Shown: positions 21,487-32,879 of the stretch, in pieces
Layout of the letters: every line of letters starts with the position of its first letter
How positions within the stretch are numbered: the stretch's first letter is position 1
Source: Bdellovibrionota bacterium
GTDB taxonomy: Bacteria > Bdellovibrionota_C > UBA2361 > CAKMMH01
Direction of reading: 5' to 3'
Length of the DNA: 64,000 nucleotides
Assembly: GCA_050952645.1 (NCBI GenBank)
Contig: JBMNLI010000017.1
Location: 160,001-224,000, forward strand
Position numbers and translations under genes: made by a program
Notes under the pieces: model-generated
The model's input: the letters and a program-made list of their open reading frames with translations, nothing else
The model's database searches: none
Told to the model about the DNA's origin: nothing

Positions 21487-23344
21487 CCTTAACTTTGCAA
21501 AAAAGTTCACCTAAAATTTTTTTTGTAATTTTTTATTTATTTGAGCAGCTTTTAATCTTACCTTATCAGCATCTATATCAAACGCATTTAATATAGTTTT
21601 TTGTCTTTTGCTTACTGCATAGCTCAGCTGATATAAATCCTTACTCCCTCTTACCATTTCAATTTTTTCAAGTTCTTTTAATGCGGCAGGAACATTCATA
21701 TAGTTTGGCTTTTTTGTTAGCTTAGAAAGTTCTTCATTAAGTAGAATATAAATGCGATTGCGAATTATAAGTGCTATAAACTCTATAAAAATTTTAGCAG
21801 ATACTGCCTGAGATGAATGAACTCTCATACTTTTTGAGCCTAAAAAAGTCTTATCAATAGCAAAAAGTTTCTCAGTTGCGTCTCTACCCTTGTAAAGTAT
21901 TATAGCTTCTTTAGCACTCATTTCTTCCGAACTAACAAGACAAAAATACCCACATAAATTAAGAGCCTTTTGAATTTCATCTGCTCTCTCTTCTACTTTT
22001 CTTAACTTTCCTTGATTGTCATAACTTAAATCAAAAAATTGCTTATACGTTTGTCCAAACTTTGTATCTTTGCCAATATGGTTTTTTAAAAATTGTTCAA
22101 ACTCCTCTAATTTAATTTCTAGTTGCTCCCTCTCAAATGCTTGCTTTTCCGCACTAAAATAAACATGAAAATAACGCTCCTTACTATCATCATCATATAA
22201 TTTTGATTTCACTGTAGTGCCATATACCTTGTATAAGCGAATACTACAGTCTCTTTTAGACTCAAATGTATTCCTGTTTTCTTCTACTAATTTAGAAACT
22301 AAAGCCTTACACCCTTTTACCATCAATAAAAAAGAAAAACCACTATTATCCATATATTGAATATTATATTTACTAAAATAACCACGGTCTAAAATAAATC
22401 CTATCTTTTTATATCCATACTCTATAACCTTATCTGCCATATGAGTAAATTGAGAAACGTCTGTAATAGAACCAGGATACTCTTCGTAAAATAACGGAAC
22501 TCTATTCGTTTGATCAAAGGCAATGGATAAATTAAATACTGGGAATCCTTTTTCGTCTTTCGCTTTACCAAACTCTACTAATTCAACATCACCTGCTTGA
22601 CAGTTCTTATTAGTCGAATCATATGAAACGTAAACCATTTGATTGCGATCTTTTCCCTTGTTCCAATCGTCAAGAAAGTTAATTATCTGCTCTTTGCTAA
22701 CAGAAGAAAGAAAACGACTTATGGTAGAATCACTATAGATGCGCATACCTTTTGTAAAGAGTGGATGAGAAAAGGCGTAGTCTGGATAATACTGACTGAC
22801 ATTCTCTTCATTTACAATAAAATAACTCGCTAAATCAAGTATAAGTTCACTACGTTCACCAAAATGTTTTTTTAGTAAAAAAGGCAAATTAAATTCATTT
22901 GCTACTTTTTCAATCACCAAGTGGGGACCTATACGAAGACAACAACTGCGTGAAGCGTCTGAAAATTTCTCGGGCATAGGGGCATCTGGAAAATAATTAC
23001 TATAATTGTCATTAGGGTACATAATATCATCTCTACCATCAACTAATTTTCCAATAACGCTACGCTTTGGATTAGTATACTGTTTCTCTTTATTATAAGT
23101 GCGATCGTATTCAAAAAGCACATATTTTGCTTCCCCTTTTTCTCTTATAATTATTTTATTTCTTTGCTCTGGTAATGGAACTGTTCGATTGTAATTCATA
23201 AAACCTCCTTTAGGTTAACGGTTGCACTAAAAGTATAGCATAGTAAATACACAGATGCAAGTAAAAAAATGCATAATTTAACGATTATTTCTTATTTATT
23301 TTAATTGATTATTTGTTTAGGTGAACTTTTTTGAAAAGTTAAGG
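21487..23344 (-). mobile_element. IS1634-family insertion sequence (1858 bp)
   Basis: TIRs CCTTAACTTTGCAAAAAAGTTCACCTAAA / TTTAGGTGAACTTTTTTGAAAAGTTAAGG; direct repeat AATAT at 21482-21486 and 23345-23349. Confidence 0.9.
21511..23199 (-). CDS. IS1634-family DDE transposase
   Basis: YDSTN, YPGSITD, LDRGY, YKGRDATEKLF..K motifs; 562 aa. Confidence 0.9.
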   Translation of the reverse strand: MNYNRTVPLPEQRNKIIIREKGEAKYVLFEYDRTYNKEKQYTNPKRSVIGKLVDGRDDIMYPNDNYSNYFPDAPMPEKFSDASRSCCLRIGPHLVIEKVANEFNLPFLLKKHFGERSELILDLASYFIVNEENVSQYYPDYAFSHPLFTKGMRIYSDSTISRFLSSVSKEQIINFLDDWNKGKDRNQMVYVSYDSTNKNCQAGDVELVEFGKAKDEKGFPVFNLSIAFDQTNRVPLFYEEYPGSITDVSQFTHMADKVIEYGYKKIGFILDRGYFSKYNIQYMDNSGFSFLLMVKGCKALVSKLVEENRNTFESKRDCSIRLYKVYGTTVKSKLYDDDSKERYFHVYFSAEKQAFEREQLEIKLEEFEQFLKNHIGKDTKFGQTYKQFFDLSYDNQGKLRKVEERADEIQKALNLCGYFCLVSSEEMSAKEAIILYKGRDATEKLFAIDKTFLGSKSMRVHSSQAVSAKIFIEFIALIIRNRIYILLNEELSKLTKKPNYMNVPAALKELEKIEMVRGSKDLYQLSYAVSKRQKTILNAFDIDADKVRLKAAQINKKLQKKF

Positions 23345-23864
23345 AATATATCGCATACGAGTTAAAAAATTATGCGATTTACACGAGAGTTTTAGATTAT
23401 CTCTATAATTGGTCGATAAACTTCAGAGATTTGCGAGTACTAACACTTAACAAATATGAGGCTAATAAGTTCAATTATAAAGATTTCCCTGGGGCAGTAT
23501 CATTAAGACAAGGAATTAATAAATGCAGGAAAAAATACGACGAAGCATTTTTTGCTAATAACAACTCAGTTTTTTTTGTTGTAAATTTTGAAAAAACTGG
23601 GACTTCTCGATGCCCTTCAGTTGATAACATTCTCTGTTATTTTCGTGAAAGAGGACCATTTCGGGGAAATTATATTCTCCATCCTAAATGTGCTATTGCT
23701 ATTTGACTAATAAAATCACGTAGGATGAGCAAGCGACAATTTATGCGACTTTAGAGCTAAAAAGTTTAAATGCTTTTTATGCTTTTAAAGTCGCTATTTT
23801 TTTTACCTCTTAACTTTTCCCTATTTTTTAAAATTTTTTCTTAAAAACTTCTTAAAACTCCTAC

Positions 23865-24863
23865 TTATCCTACTATCTTTTGTGAAATTCTATAAAGTAG
23901 CTCTTTTAAGCCTTCTCCTGCTACGCTTGAAATTAAGAAAACTTCCTTGCCTTTTGCATCGAAATATTCTTTAGCTTTTATTAAATAATCTTTATCTGCT
24001 ACCGCATCAATTTTACTAAATACTATAAACTCATCTTTCTTAACTAATAACTTTGAAAACGCACTTAACTCTATTCTTATTTTATTATACGCTTCTACAA
24101 TATCTTTATCGCTACCTAAAATAGATACATCGATTAAATGCACTAAAATCTTACACCTTTCAACATGCTTTAAAAAAGTAATTCCTAACCCCTTTCCCTT
24201 ACTAGCATCTGGGATAAGCCCTGGGATATCTGCCATCACGAAATCGCTATCTCCTACCTTTACCACTCCTAAATTTGGAACTAGCGTTGTAAATGGATAA
24301 TCTGCAATTTTAGGTCTCGATGCTGAAACTTTAGAAATTAAAGTAGATTTTCCAGCATTAGGAAAACCAATTAAACCAACATCCGCAACTAACTTTAGCG
24401 AAAACAAAACTTCTAACTCTTCCCCTACTTCTCCTTGCTGATACTTTATGGGTGCTTGATTTGTGCTACTTTTAAAAAACGCATTCCCTTTACCACCACG
24501 CCCACCTTTTGCTACTACGAAACTTTTCTCATCTTCATCTAAGTCTACAAGCAAAGCACTATCACTAACTCTAAAAATTTGCGTTCCTACAGGAACTTTA
24601 ATTATTAAATCTTCTCCATTTTTCCCAGTCTTTCTATTAGTTCCACCAGCTTCACCACTTTTAGCTACCCATTTAGACATAAAACGAAAATCTAACAACG
24701 TATGCTTATTTCTATCGGCAACAAAAATTACATCTCCCCCTTTTCCACCATCGCCACCATCTGGTCCCCCTAATGGAACGTATTTCTCACGTCTAAAATG
24801 GCTAGCCCCTTTTCCTCCATCTCCTGCTTTTACAAAAATTGTAGCTTCATCGATAAACTTCAT
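23865..24863 (-). CDS. obgE: GTPase ObgE
   Basis: FRREKYVPLGGPDGGDGG, GFPNAGKST, KIADYPFTT. Confidence 0.97.
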   Translation of the reverse strand: MKFIDEATIFVKAGDGGKGASHFRREKYVPLGGPDGGDGGKGGDVIFVADRNKHTLLDFRFMSKWVAKSGEAGGTNRKTGKNGEDLIIKVPVGTQIFRVSDSALLVDLDEDEKSFVVAKGGRGGKGNAFFKSSTNQAPIKYQQGEVGEELEVLFSLKLVADVGLIGFPNAGKSTLISKVSASRPKIADYPFTTLVPNLGVVKVGDSDFVMADIPGLIPDASKGKGLGITFLKHVERCKILVHLIDVSILGSDKDIVEAYNKIRIELSAFSKLLVKKDEFIVFSKIDAVADKDYLIKAKEYFDAKGKEVFLISSVAGEGLKELLYRISQKIVG

Positions 24864-25010
24864 AACAAAACTTTATAAAATGATTTAAAAATAAAATATT
24901 ATTAAACTAGAGAAAACTGTTAGGGATAACACGCACTTTAAGATGAAATTTATTTTTCAAGTTTCTTTTTTTAGCTAGACTTAAATTAAAAAAATCATCA
25001 CTAAAAAAAA

Positions 25011-25113
25011 GGCTCTTCACGTTTTAAGGTAGGTTTTAGACCTTAAAATTAGTATCACACACCCCACGAAGCCCAAAAAACAATTTTTCTAACCCACCTA
25101 AAACGTGAAGAAC
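25011..25113. mobile_element. ISL3-like MITE, copy 2
   Basis: Near-identical to 1878-1981; flanked by A8 on both sides (25003-25010, 25114-25121). Confidence 0.75.
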
Positions 25114-25297
25114 AAAAAAAAGAAACTTAAATAAATATATAAACTTTAAAAGGAACAAAAATGAAAAAAATTAACTAAAATATAATAATAAAATAAAAAA
25201 TAAAACTGTGAAAATATTAAAAATCACTAATCTTCTTTAAGCTACTTTATTTTAGTCGCCTTGTTTTAGCCACTTTGTTTTAGCCATCTTACATTTT

Positions 25298-25549
25298 TTA
25301 ACTATTAGCTATAACATTAACCGTATTTTTCCTGCCTTCTTTAAACTCTACAACGCCATCTGTCAATGCAAACAATGTATAATCTTTTCCTAAGCCAACG
25401 TTTACGCCTGGGTGAAAAGTCGTTCCTCTTTGTCTTACTAAAATATTTCCTGCTACTACCGATTGCCCACCAAACTTCTTAACGCCTAGCCTCTTCCCTC
25501 TACTATCTCTTCCATTCCTAGAACTACCACTCGCTTTCTTATGTGCCAT
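25298..25549 (-). CDS. rpmA: 50S ribosomal protein L27
   Basis: [22 protein letters not shown]. Confidence 0.98.
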   Translation of the reverse strand: MAHKKASGSSRNGRDSRGKRLGVKKFGGQSVVAGNILVRQRGTTFHPGVNVGLGKDYTLFALTDGVVEFKEGRKNTVNVIANS

Positions 25550-25663
25550 TTTTATTCTCCCTAAAAAATTTTGTCTTTGCTTAAAATAACTTAAAAATAA
25601 ACTCTATTTAATGCATATCAATTTAATGTATTTTTTTAATGCATTTTTAAAGTATATAGAATT

Positions 25664-26059
25664 TTAAGCATTAATACTTTGAATTGAAATCTTAGTTAAA
25701 TTTTGACGATGACCTTGTCTATTAGTATAACCTTGACGACGTTTCTTTTTAAATACTAACAACTTTTCACCTTTAAATTGAGATAAAACTTTTGCTTTAA
25801 CATTTGCTCCCTCAACTAAAGGAGTGCCTACTTTTAAAGTGCCATCGTTTACTAACAAGACATTATCTAAAATTACCTCATCGCCCTTTTCTGCATTTAA
25901 AGTTTCTACATCGATTATATTACCTACACTTACTTTATATTGTTTTCCACCAGTAGCAATAACTGCATAAGGCTTAAACTCATCTTTGATTTCTTTTGTA
26001 GTTTCTTTTTTAGTTTCTTTTATTTGATCTACATTTTCCATTTTTTTACCATCTTCCAT
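25664..26059 (-). CDS. rplU: 50S ribosomal protein L21 with N-terminal extension
   Basis: YAVIATGGKQYKV, KKKRRQGY..QGHRQ. Confidence 0.95.
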   Translation of the reverse strand: MEDGKKMENVDQIKETKKETTKEIKDEFKPYAVIATGGKQYKVSVGNIIDVETLNAEKGDEVILDNVLLVNDGTLKVGTPLVEGANVKAKVLSQFKGEKLLVFKKKRRQGYTNRQGHRQNLTKISIQSINA

Positions 26060-26344
26060 TTTTCAATAACTTCTTAAATACACTAAATATTTGACTAATA
26101 TTTATCACGATTATATTCACGACTTTATCTTAACTTAAGTAGTGATCTTAAGTAGTGTTTAAAAATTCATAAACACGTAAAGACACGCTTTTGTAAGAAT
26201 ACATATTTTTAATGAATAAATCAAGTTTACATAAAAAATAAAAAACATCTGTCTAAAAAAGCGTTTTTACATTATATTGTAGGAGTAGTATAATCAACAA
26301 TTAAAATAAATGATATATCAAATAATATATTTAAGGTTATAAAT

Positions 26345-27034
26345 ATGGAAATAAAAGCTACCGTAGCAATAATAGATGATGATAGTTCTGTAAGAAAATC
26401 TGTAGTGCTAAATTTTGAACCCGAAGGCTTCAAAGTGCTTGAAGCCGAAGATGGCATCAAGGGAATAAGTTTAGTCAAAGAAAAAAAACCTGATGTAATT
26501 ATTCTAGATATAAAAATGCCAAGAAAAGACGGCTTTCAAGTGTGTAAAGAGTTAAGAAATAAAGGGATTTCTACCCCACTAATATTACTAACGGCTAGAA
26601 GCGAAGAGGTAGACAAGGTTTTAGGTTTAGAGCTTGGAGCCGATGATTACTTAGCTAAGCCTTTTGGAATGTTAGAGCTTTTAGCGAGAGTTAAAGCTTT
26701 GCTTCGTAGAAATAGAGGAACGCAAGAACTTGAAAAAATAGAATTTTCTAATATAAAAATCGACTTTAAGGCTTATAAGGCAGAAAAAAATCGAAAGCCT
26801 ATCGACCTTTCAGCTAGAGAATATAGATTATTAAAATGCTTAATATCTAAAAAAGGAAGCGTCGTAACTAGAGACGAACTCCTAGACGAGGTATGGGGTT
26901 ATAACACCTACCCTACTACTAGAACGGTTGATAACCATATAGCTAGACTTAGACAGAAAATAGAAGAAACTAGTGCATCAGCTCCAAAGCATATCTTAAC
27001 CGTCCATGGAGTCGGATATAAATTTGTAGTGTGA
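26345..27034 (+). CDS. OmpR/PhoB family response regulator
   Basis: Receiver LDIKMP, GADDYLAKPF; wHTH RTVDNHIARLRQK, TVHGVGYKF. Confidence 0.95.
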   Translation: MEIKATVAIIDDDSSVRKSVVLNFEPEGFKVLEAEDGIKGISLVKEKKPDVIILDIKMPRKDGFQVCKELRNKGISTPLILLTARSEEVDKVLGLELGADDYLAKPFGMLELLARVKALLRRNRGTQELEKIEFSNIKIDFKAYKAEKNRKPIDLSAREYRLLKCLISKKGSVVTRDELLDEVWGYNTYPTTRTVDNHIARLRQKIEETSASAPKHILTVHGVGYKFVV

Positions 27035-27040
27035 ATTTTA

Positions 27041-27054
27041 GTTCTTCACGTTTT
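27041..27054. repeat. Isolated MITE terminal-repeat remnant
   Basis: GTTCTTCACGTTTT just after the regulator stop codon. Confidence 0.4.
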
Positions 27055-27275
27055 GATATAATAATTTGATATAATAATTAGTTGATAAAATTAAAGCTAA
27101 CCTAGAAGTCCTTTTTATTTACTTTATTTTATTTACTTTATTTACGAATAATTTATCTTTAAAGCTAAGTCAACTTGTTAGTATTAAAAAAATAATCTAA
27201 TATATTAACCGTGCAATATAAATCACAAAAAAATTTAATAATAATAAATTTAAATAATAAACTTAAATAATAAAT

Positions 27276-27656
27276 ATGACTCGGAAAAATATCAATACTT
27301 TAGAACTAGTAGAAAACATCACTAAAATTGCCTCAGAAACTAAAGCGATCGATTTAAAAGCAATCGATTTAAAAAACATCTCATCTCTAGCAGATTATCT
27401 AGTAATTGCTAGTGCACGCTCACAAAAACAAGTCCAAGGTATCGCACGCAATATAACGGATAAATTACGAAAAATAGGTTTTAAAACTTATTCAATCGAA
27501 GGATTTACTACAGGACATTGGATACTTATCGATTACAATGATGTTATCGTTCATATCTTTCTAGATGATATAAGAGCGCATTATGAATTCGATGAGCTTT
27601 TAAGCGATTATAAACAGATTAACGTTGACCAAGAAACTGGAGATTTAATTTTATGA
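27276..27656 (+). CDS. rsfS: Ribosome silencing factor
   Basis: ADYLVIAS, EG..GHWILIDYNDVIVHIF..R.HY. Confidence 0.92.
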   Translation: MTRKNINTLELVENITKIASETKAIDLKAIDLKNISSLADYLVIASARSQKQVQGIARNITDKLRKIGFKTYSIEGFTTGHWILIDYNDVIVHIFLDDIRAHYEFDELLSDYKQINVDQETGDLIL

Positions 27657-28936
27657 TTAAACTAATAAAAAAAATTACTTTCGTGCTATGTGTTATATTA
27701 GTAGTCGTATTTATTATCGTAAATAATCACACCGATACTAAGTTAATATTCTGGCCTAATAAATCCGTGCAAACTGGGCTTGGCATCGTTTTAATTACTA
27801 GTTTCGTTTTCGGTTTTCTAATCGCTACCATTATTGGAAGTTATTTCTCATTTAAATCGTATTTAAAAGAAAAAAAACTTTTAAAAGAGAGGAGCAAGCA
27901 AGAGACTGTTTCTAAAAAAATCTTAGAAGCTAGAGTGCATACTTGTTTAAAAGATTACGACAAAGCTATAAAACTATGGAACGATTTAATAAAAATAGAA
28001 AAAACTTTTTTAGTGCCTTATATCGAAATAGCAAAAATTTATATAGAAAAAGGCGACTACAACTCTTCGCTAAAAATATTACAAACGGCTTTAAACTTTT
28101 CTAATAACAATAAAAATAATAATGGAAACGAAAATGAAGAAGTGTTATTTTATTTAGCCTTAACACATAATTTGCTACAAAACAATGCATCGGCCTTAAA
28201 TTATTACACTAGAATTTACGGGACTAAACCCTGCGCCCTAATCGCTAAGCTTGCTAGAGACGAAGCTATAAGCATAAAACAATACGACGATGCTCTTTTA
28301 TATCAAAAGAGCTTAAACTCTTTAGTAAAGGATAAAGATAAAAATGCAATCATAAAAAATGATGATAAAGAAAGCGATAAAGAAAACGATATAGAAAACA
28401 ATATAGAAAACAATATAAAGTATTTAAAAATATTAAAAGAAACTAAAGATGGAAGTGATGAACAAATATCAAGGCTAAAAGAATTTCATAAGATTGCACC
28501 TTCGCACATTGATACTGGATTAAAATTAAGCGAGCTTTTATTAAAAAAAGAAGATGTAAAACAAGCCTTGCTAGTTTTAACAAAAGTAGCAACTAATAGT
28601 AAAAAAGCATTCCTTTGGAAACGTATTATAGATATTTGGATAGAGAGCAATGAGCCTAAGAAAGCTATAAGCGCTATAAATACGGCTATAAAAGAGGCTA
28701 ATTCAAAGGAAATGATAAAAACTTATTTTATTGCGATAGAAAGTTTTATAAAACTCTCTATGCTTGATGATGCACGTGCTTACTTTGAAATGCTTGAAAA
28801 ATATGTAAAAGATAATAATATCGAGTTTAATGAAAAAGAAAAATTATTATTTGAGTTTTCTAACAATATTCTTTTCAGCAAAAAAAATATTAGCAATATA
28901 AATTTTAGTTCTTTTCTTTGTGAAAAAACTAAATAA
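27653..28936 (+). CDS. LapA-like membrane domain + TPR protein
   Basis: Two N-terminal TM helices in a LapA-like arrangement followed by TPR-like helices. Confidence 0.6.
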   Translation: MIKLIKKITFVLCVILVVVFIIVNNHTDTKLIFWPNKSVQTGLGIVLITSFVFGFLIATIIGSYFSFKSYLKEKKLLKERSKQETVSKKILEARVHTCLKDYDKAIKLWNDLIKIEKTFLVPYIEIAKIYIEKGDYNSSLKILQTALNFSNNNKNNNGNENEEVLFYLALTHNLLQNNASALNYYTRIYGTKPCALIAKLARDEAISIKQYDDALLYQKSLNSLVKDKDKNAIIKNDDKESDKENDIENNIENNIKYLKILKETKDGSDEQISRLKEFHKIAPSHIDTGLKLSELLLKKEDVKQALLVLTKVATNSKKAFLWKRIIDIWIESNEPKKAISAINTAIKEANSKEMIKTYFIAIESFIKLSMLDDARAYFEMLEKYVKDNNIEFNEKEKLLFEFSNNILFSKKNISNINFSSFLCEKTK

Positions 28937-28996
28937 AAAAACTTTAATAAGACCTAATAATTTATTATAAATACTATTTAACTTTTAGGAGGAAAC

Positions 28997-30502
28997 GTGA
29001 CCACATTACTATGTATTCTTGATGGGTTTGGTATAAATGAAAATCGTGAGCATAATGCCATAGCGCTAGCTAATACACCTTATATAGATAATCTTTTACA
29101 ACATTACCCGCACGCTAAACTTAATGCTTCTGGGCTTTCCGTAGGGCTTCCAGATGGACAAATGGGAAACTCTGAAGTTGGCCATCTAAATATTGGAGCT
29201 GGGCGTGTTATAGAACAATGGCTAGTTAGAATTTCACGAGAACTCGAGCAAGGTGATTTAACTAAAAATTCATCTTATAGCAATTTTATTTCAAACTTAA
29301 AACAAGACGGCAAAATACATCTATTTGGCTTATTTTCAAACGGTGGCATACATTCTCACATAGACCATTTAAAACTTTTAATAAAAAACCTTACTAAAAA
29401 TACCGACAAAACTATATGCATTCATATAATAACCGATGGACGTGATACAGAGCCGATGGATGCTATAAATCAGTATAAAGATTTCTTAAAATTTTTAGAA
29501 CCTTATAAAAACGTTTTAATCGCCGATATCTGCGGACGTTTTTACGCTATGGATAGAGATAAAAGATGGGAGCGAGTAAAAAAGGCATACGATGCTTATA
29601 CTAAACTCGATGCTCCTAGGATTACAAAAATCGAAGATTATTTAACTAAAAATTATGCTAATAATATTGGTGATGAATTTATCGAACCTGCAATCCTTGA
29701 AGAACTTCAAGTTTCACAAAACGACTCAATAATATTTTGGAATTATAGAGCAGATAGAATGAGAGAGATAGTGAAAGCTTTTGCGATAAAAGATTTTGAT
29801 GGCTTTCAAAGAAACATTCCTTGCTTTAACAAAGAGCAAGTTCTATGTTTTACAGAATACGACGAAACGTACGATTTGCCCGTTTTATTTGAAAAGATAG
29901 ATATAAAAAATCATTTAAGCGAGGTTATCTCAAAGCAAGGATTAAAACAATTTAAAACTGCTGAGACTGAAAAGTATGCTCACGTTACGTTCTTTTTAAA
30001 TGGTGGAATAGAAGCCCCGATGCAAAATGAGGATAGATGCGTTATCCCATCTCCTAGAGATGTAAAGACTTATGATGAAAAGCCTGAGATGAGTGCTAAG
30101 TTAGTTGCCGAGAAAGTGATTGAGGCTATAAATTCAGATACTTACGATTTAATCGTAGTAAATTTTGCTAATCCTGACATGGTAGGACACACTGGCATTG
30201 AAAGCGCTGCTATAAAAGCTATTGAAACTGTAGATGTTTGTATTCAAAAAATTTTTGATGTATTATTACCAAAAGGTGGGCAAGGACTTATTATCGCAGA
30301 CCATGGCAACGCTGAATCTATGGTAAATGAAAACGGCACACCAAACACTGCACACACAACGAACTTAGTCCCTGTAATACTTGTAAGATATAAGGAAAAA
30401 GTTTCACTAAAAGATGGTGCTCTATGTGATGTGGCTCCTACCGTGCTAAAGATGATGAACATTGAAAAGCCTAAAGAAATGACTGGAAATGCATTATTTT
30501 AA
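28997..30502 (+). CDS. gpmI: 2,3-bisphosphoglycerate-independent phosphoglycerate mutase
   Basis: ILDGFG, GQMGNSEVGH, AETEKYAHVTFF, ADHGNAE. Confidence 0.97.
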   Translation: MTTLLCILDGFGINENREHNAIALANTPYIDNLLQHYPHAKLNASGLSVGLPDGQMGNSEVGHLNIGAGRVIEQWLVRISRELEQGDLTKNSSYSNFISNLKQDGKIHLFGLFSNGGIHSHIDHLKLLIKNLTKNTDKTICIHIITDGRDTEPMDAINQYKDFLKFLEPYKNVLIADICGRFYAMDRDKRWERVKKAYDAYTKLDAPRITKIEDYLTKNYANNIGDEFIEPAILEELQVSQNDSIIFWNYRADRMREIVKAFAIKDFDGFQRNIPCFNKEQVLCFTEYDETYDLPVLFEKIDIKNHLSEVISKQGLKQFKTAETEKYAHVTFFLNGGIEAPMQNEDRCVIPSPRDVKTYDEKPEMSAKLVAEKVIEAINSDTYDLIVVNFANPDMVGHTGIESAAIKAIETVDVCIQKIFDVLLPKGGQGLIIADHGNAESMVNENGTPNTAHTTNLVPVILVRYKEKVSLKDGALCDVAPTVLKMMNIEKPKEMTGNALF

Positions 30503-30571
30503 ATGCATTATTTTAAAATGTGTGAATAATATTTTAAGGATAATAACTTAAAAAACGACTAAGGAGAGTTT

Positions 30572-31381
30572 ATGGAAGAATTTACAGAAGATCTTAGAAG
30601 CATAAAAGCATTAGAAACTATTTTCGAAAAACTACGAGACCCTAAAACTGGGTGTCCTTGGGAAAAAACCCGAACTCATGAAACTTTAAAACAAGATTTA
30701 GTCGAAGAAACCTATGAGGTGCTTGATGCGCTTGAGCAAAACGATCCTAGTATGCTAAAAGAGGAACTTGGCGACCTTTTGCTCCACATAATTCACCATA
30801 CTGAGATAGAAAGAGAAAAAAATAATTTTTCGATTGAAGATGTAATCGAGGAACTAGCAAAAAAACTTATAAGAAGACACCCTCACGTATTTACGACGGA
30901 TATAAAAGCAAATACTCCTTTAGAAGTCTTAGAAAATTGGGAAAAAATAAAAGCAAAAGAAAATATTGATAATAAAAAAACTTACGAACATACGCTTGAT
31001 AAAATTCCTAACTCCTTTCCCCCATTTTTAAGAGCATATAAGCAAGGCATTACAGCCTCTAGGCTTGGCTTTGATTGGAATAACGCTAATGATGTATTAG
31101 AAAAAATTTCAGAGGAACTAGAAGAGGTAAAAACGGAAGCTAAAAAAGATCTAAGCGTAAAAGAAAATCAAGATACATTAAAAGAAGAAATAGGAGACTT
31201 ACTATATGCGACTATTCAATACATTAGAAAATTAAATTTTTGCCAAGAAGAGATATTAAATAATGCTTGCAAGAAATTTAAAAAAAGGTTTGATAAGCTA
31301 GAAGATTTAGCTACTAAAGATCTTGGTAAGTATTCGCAAGAAGAATTTGATAAACTTTGGAGAGAAGCTAAAAAAATTTAA
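30572..31381 (+). CDS. mazG: Nucleoside triphosphate pyrophosphohydrolase
   Basis: GCPW, EETYEV, EELGDLL, RRHPHVF, GFDW. Confidence 0.93.
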   Translation: MEEFTEDLRSIKALETIFEKLRDPKTGCPWEKTRTHETLKQDLVEETYEVLDALEQNDPSMLKEELGDLLLHIIHHTEIEREKNNFSIEDVIEELAKKLIRRHPHVFTTDIKANTPLEVLENWEKIKAKENIDNKKTYEHTLDKIPNSFPPFLRAYKQGITASRLGFDWNNANDVLEKISEELEEVKTEAKKDLSVKENQDTLKEEIGDLLYATIQYIRKLNFCQEEILNNACKKFKKRFDKLEDLATKDLGKYSQEEFDKLWREAKKI

Positions 31382-31404
31382 ATTTATATTTAAAGGTTTT
31401 TCGT

Positions 31405-32196
31405 ATGACACTACTTTATATTATCCTTGCAGGTCTGCTACTATGCTTTGCCTCAATCATTGCATCTGGAATATTACTAATAAAAGAAGCTTACTTAAAA
31501 AAAATAATATTCCCCGTAGTTTCAATATCATCTGGTGTTTTTTTAGGCGCTGCTTTTTTATTTTTAATACCTGAAAGCTTAGAGTTATTAGGAGATGCAC
31601 ACCTTTCTTTATTTTTTGTATTGCTTGGATTTTTAACCTTTCTATTTTTAGAAGAAGTTTTAGAGTGGCACCATTGCCATAAAATGCCTAGTGAACATAA
31701 GCTTCATAATATGCATCATAATGAACATCATAATAAAAATCATAAAGACAAACTTGGCTGGCTTATAACATTTTCAGATTTTTTTCATAATGCAATAGAT
31801 GGCGCTAGCATAGCAGCTACCTTTATAATCTCCCCTAACCTTGGGCTAGTTACTACCATTTCAACTTTCTTACATGAGCTACCACAAGAAATTGGAGATA
31901 TCGGCATTTTAATTCATTCTGGGGCCAAGAAGAAGAAAGCTTTTTTATTAAATCTACTTTCTCAACTTACGTTTTTCGTAGGGGCCTTTTTCGTATACTT
32001 CTCAAAATCTAAAGGCATTACTTATTTTCTGATACCCTTTACGGCTGGAACTTTTATTTACATTAGTGCCGTTGACCTTTTACCCGAGATTAAATCTTCG
32101 AGTAAAACGAGTGAAAGGTTATTGCATATATTATATTTTCTTTTAGGAATATTTTTCATATATATTTTAATGATGCACTTTCATCATAATCATTAA
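31405..32196 (+). CDS. ZIP family metal transporter
   Basis: His-rich loop, HNAIDG, HELPQEIGD. Confidence 0.9.
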   Translation: MTLLYIILAGLLLCFASIIASGILLIKEAYLKKIIFPVVSISSGVFLGAAFLFLIPESLELLGDAHLSLFFVLLGFLTFLFLEEVLEWHHCHKMPSEHKLHNMHHNEHHNKNHKDKLGWLITFSDFFHNAIDGASIAATFIISPNLGLVTTISTFLHELPQEIGDIGILIHSGAKKKKAFLLNLLSQLTFFVGAFFVYFSKSKGITYFLIPFTAGTFIYISAVDLLPEIKSSSKTSERLLHILYFLLGIFFIYILMMHFHHNH

Positions 32197-32213
32197 AATA
32201 GCCATTAAAATTT

Positions 32214-32879
32214 TTAAGATACTTTTAGCAAATTAGCGTTATCTGCATTTTTTGATTCTTTATTTAATTCTACATTTATAAAATTTTGTAAAACCTCTAT
32301 AGATCTTTTCCTAATTCTTGAAATGTGGCATCTAGAATATCCTAACTCTTTAGCTACCTGCATAACTTGTTGTCCTTTAAAATATATTTTTTCGATTACG
32401 CTTCTTTCTATATCATCTAATTTTAAATAAGCCTCTTTACTTAATGAATACAATTCTTCTTTTAGGATATTTTCCACTGGGCTTTTACTCGAACTTCCTA
32501 TCGTAGCATCGGCAATCTCACTATTAAGGGCGTCTTGCAACTTTTCTTTTGCTAATATACTATCGCTCTTGCCAATTCTATCTAAATAAGCATCTCTATC
32601 TAAGCCATTAATCGTGGCACTATGCGTTATAGCCTTTATTAAGTTGCCTTTTAAATAATAATATAAGAATGTAATAAAACTCGCATTTTTACTTTCATCA
32701 AATCTACTAGCAGCTTCACAAAGTGATAAATCTGAAGTAGAAATTATCTCATCATCATCTAGATAACTCCCCCATTTTTTTAAAATGCTCTTTGCCATTT
32801 TTATTGCTTGTTCTCTATGATTTAAGATTAGTTTTATTTTAGCACTATCAAAATTATTATCGATAACGTTATTAAACAT
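32214..32879 (-). CDS. Sigma-70 family factor, FliA/SigB-like, divergent
   Basis: Region 2 EAASRFDESKNASFITF; region 4 QVAKELGYSRCHISRIRKRSI. Confidence 0.8.
   Translation of the reverse strand: MFNNVIDNNFDSAKIKLILNHREQAIKMAKSILKKWGSYLDDDEIISTSDLSLCEAASRFDESKNASFITFLYYYLKGNLIKAITHSATINGLDRDAYLDRIGKSDSILAKEKLQDALNSEIADATIGSSSKSPVENILKEELYSLSKEAYLKLDDIERSVIEKIYFKGQQVMQVAKELGYSRCHISRIRKRSIEVLQNFINVELNKESKNADNANLLKVS

Larger units (their letters stand above)
21115..23706 (+). pseudogene. Hypothetical gene (242 aa when reconstructed) interrupted by IS1634
   Basis: Removing the IS and one AATAT copy joins 21115-21486 to 23350-23706 in frame without stops (..ATQY/IAYELKN..RDLRVLT..). Confidence 0.85.
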
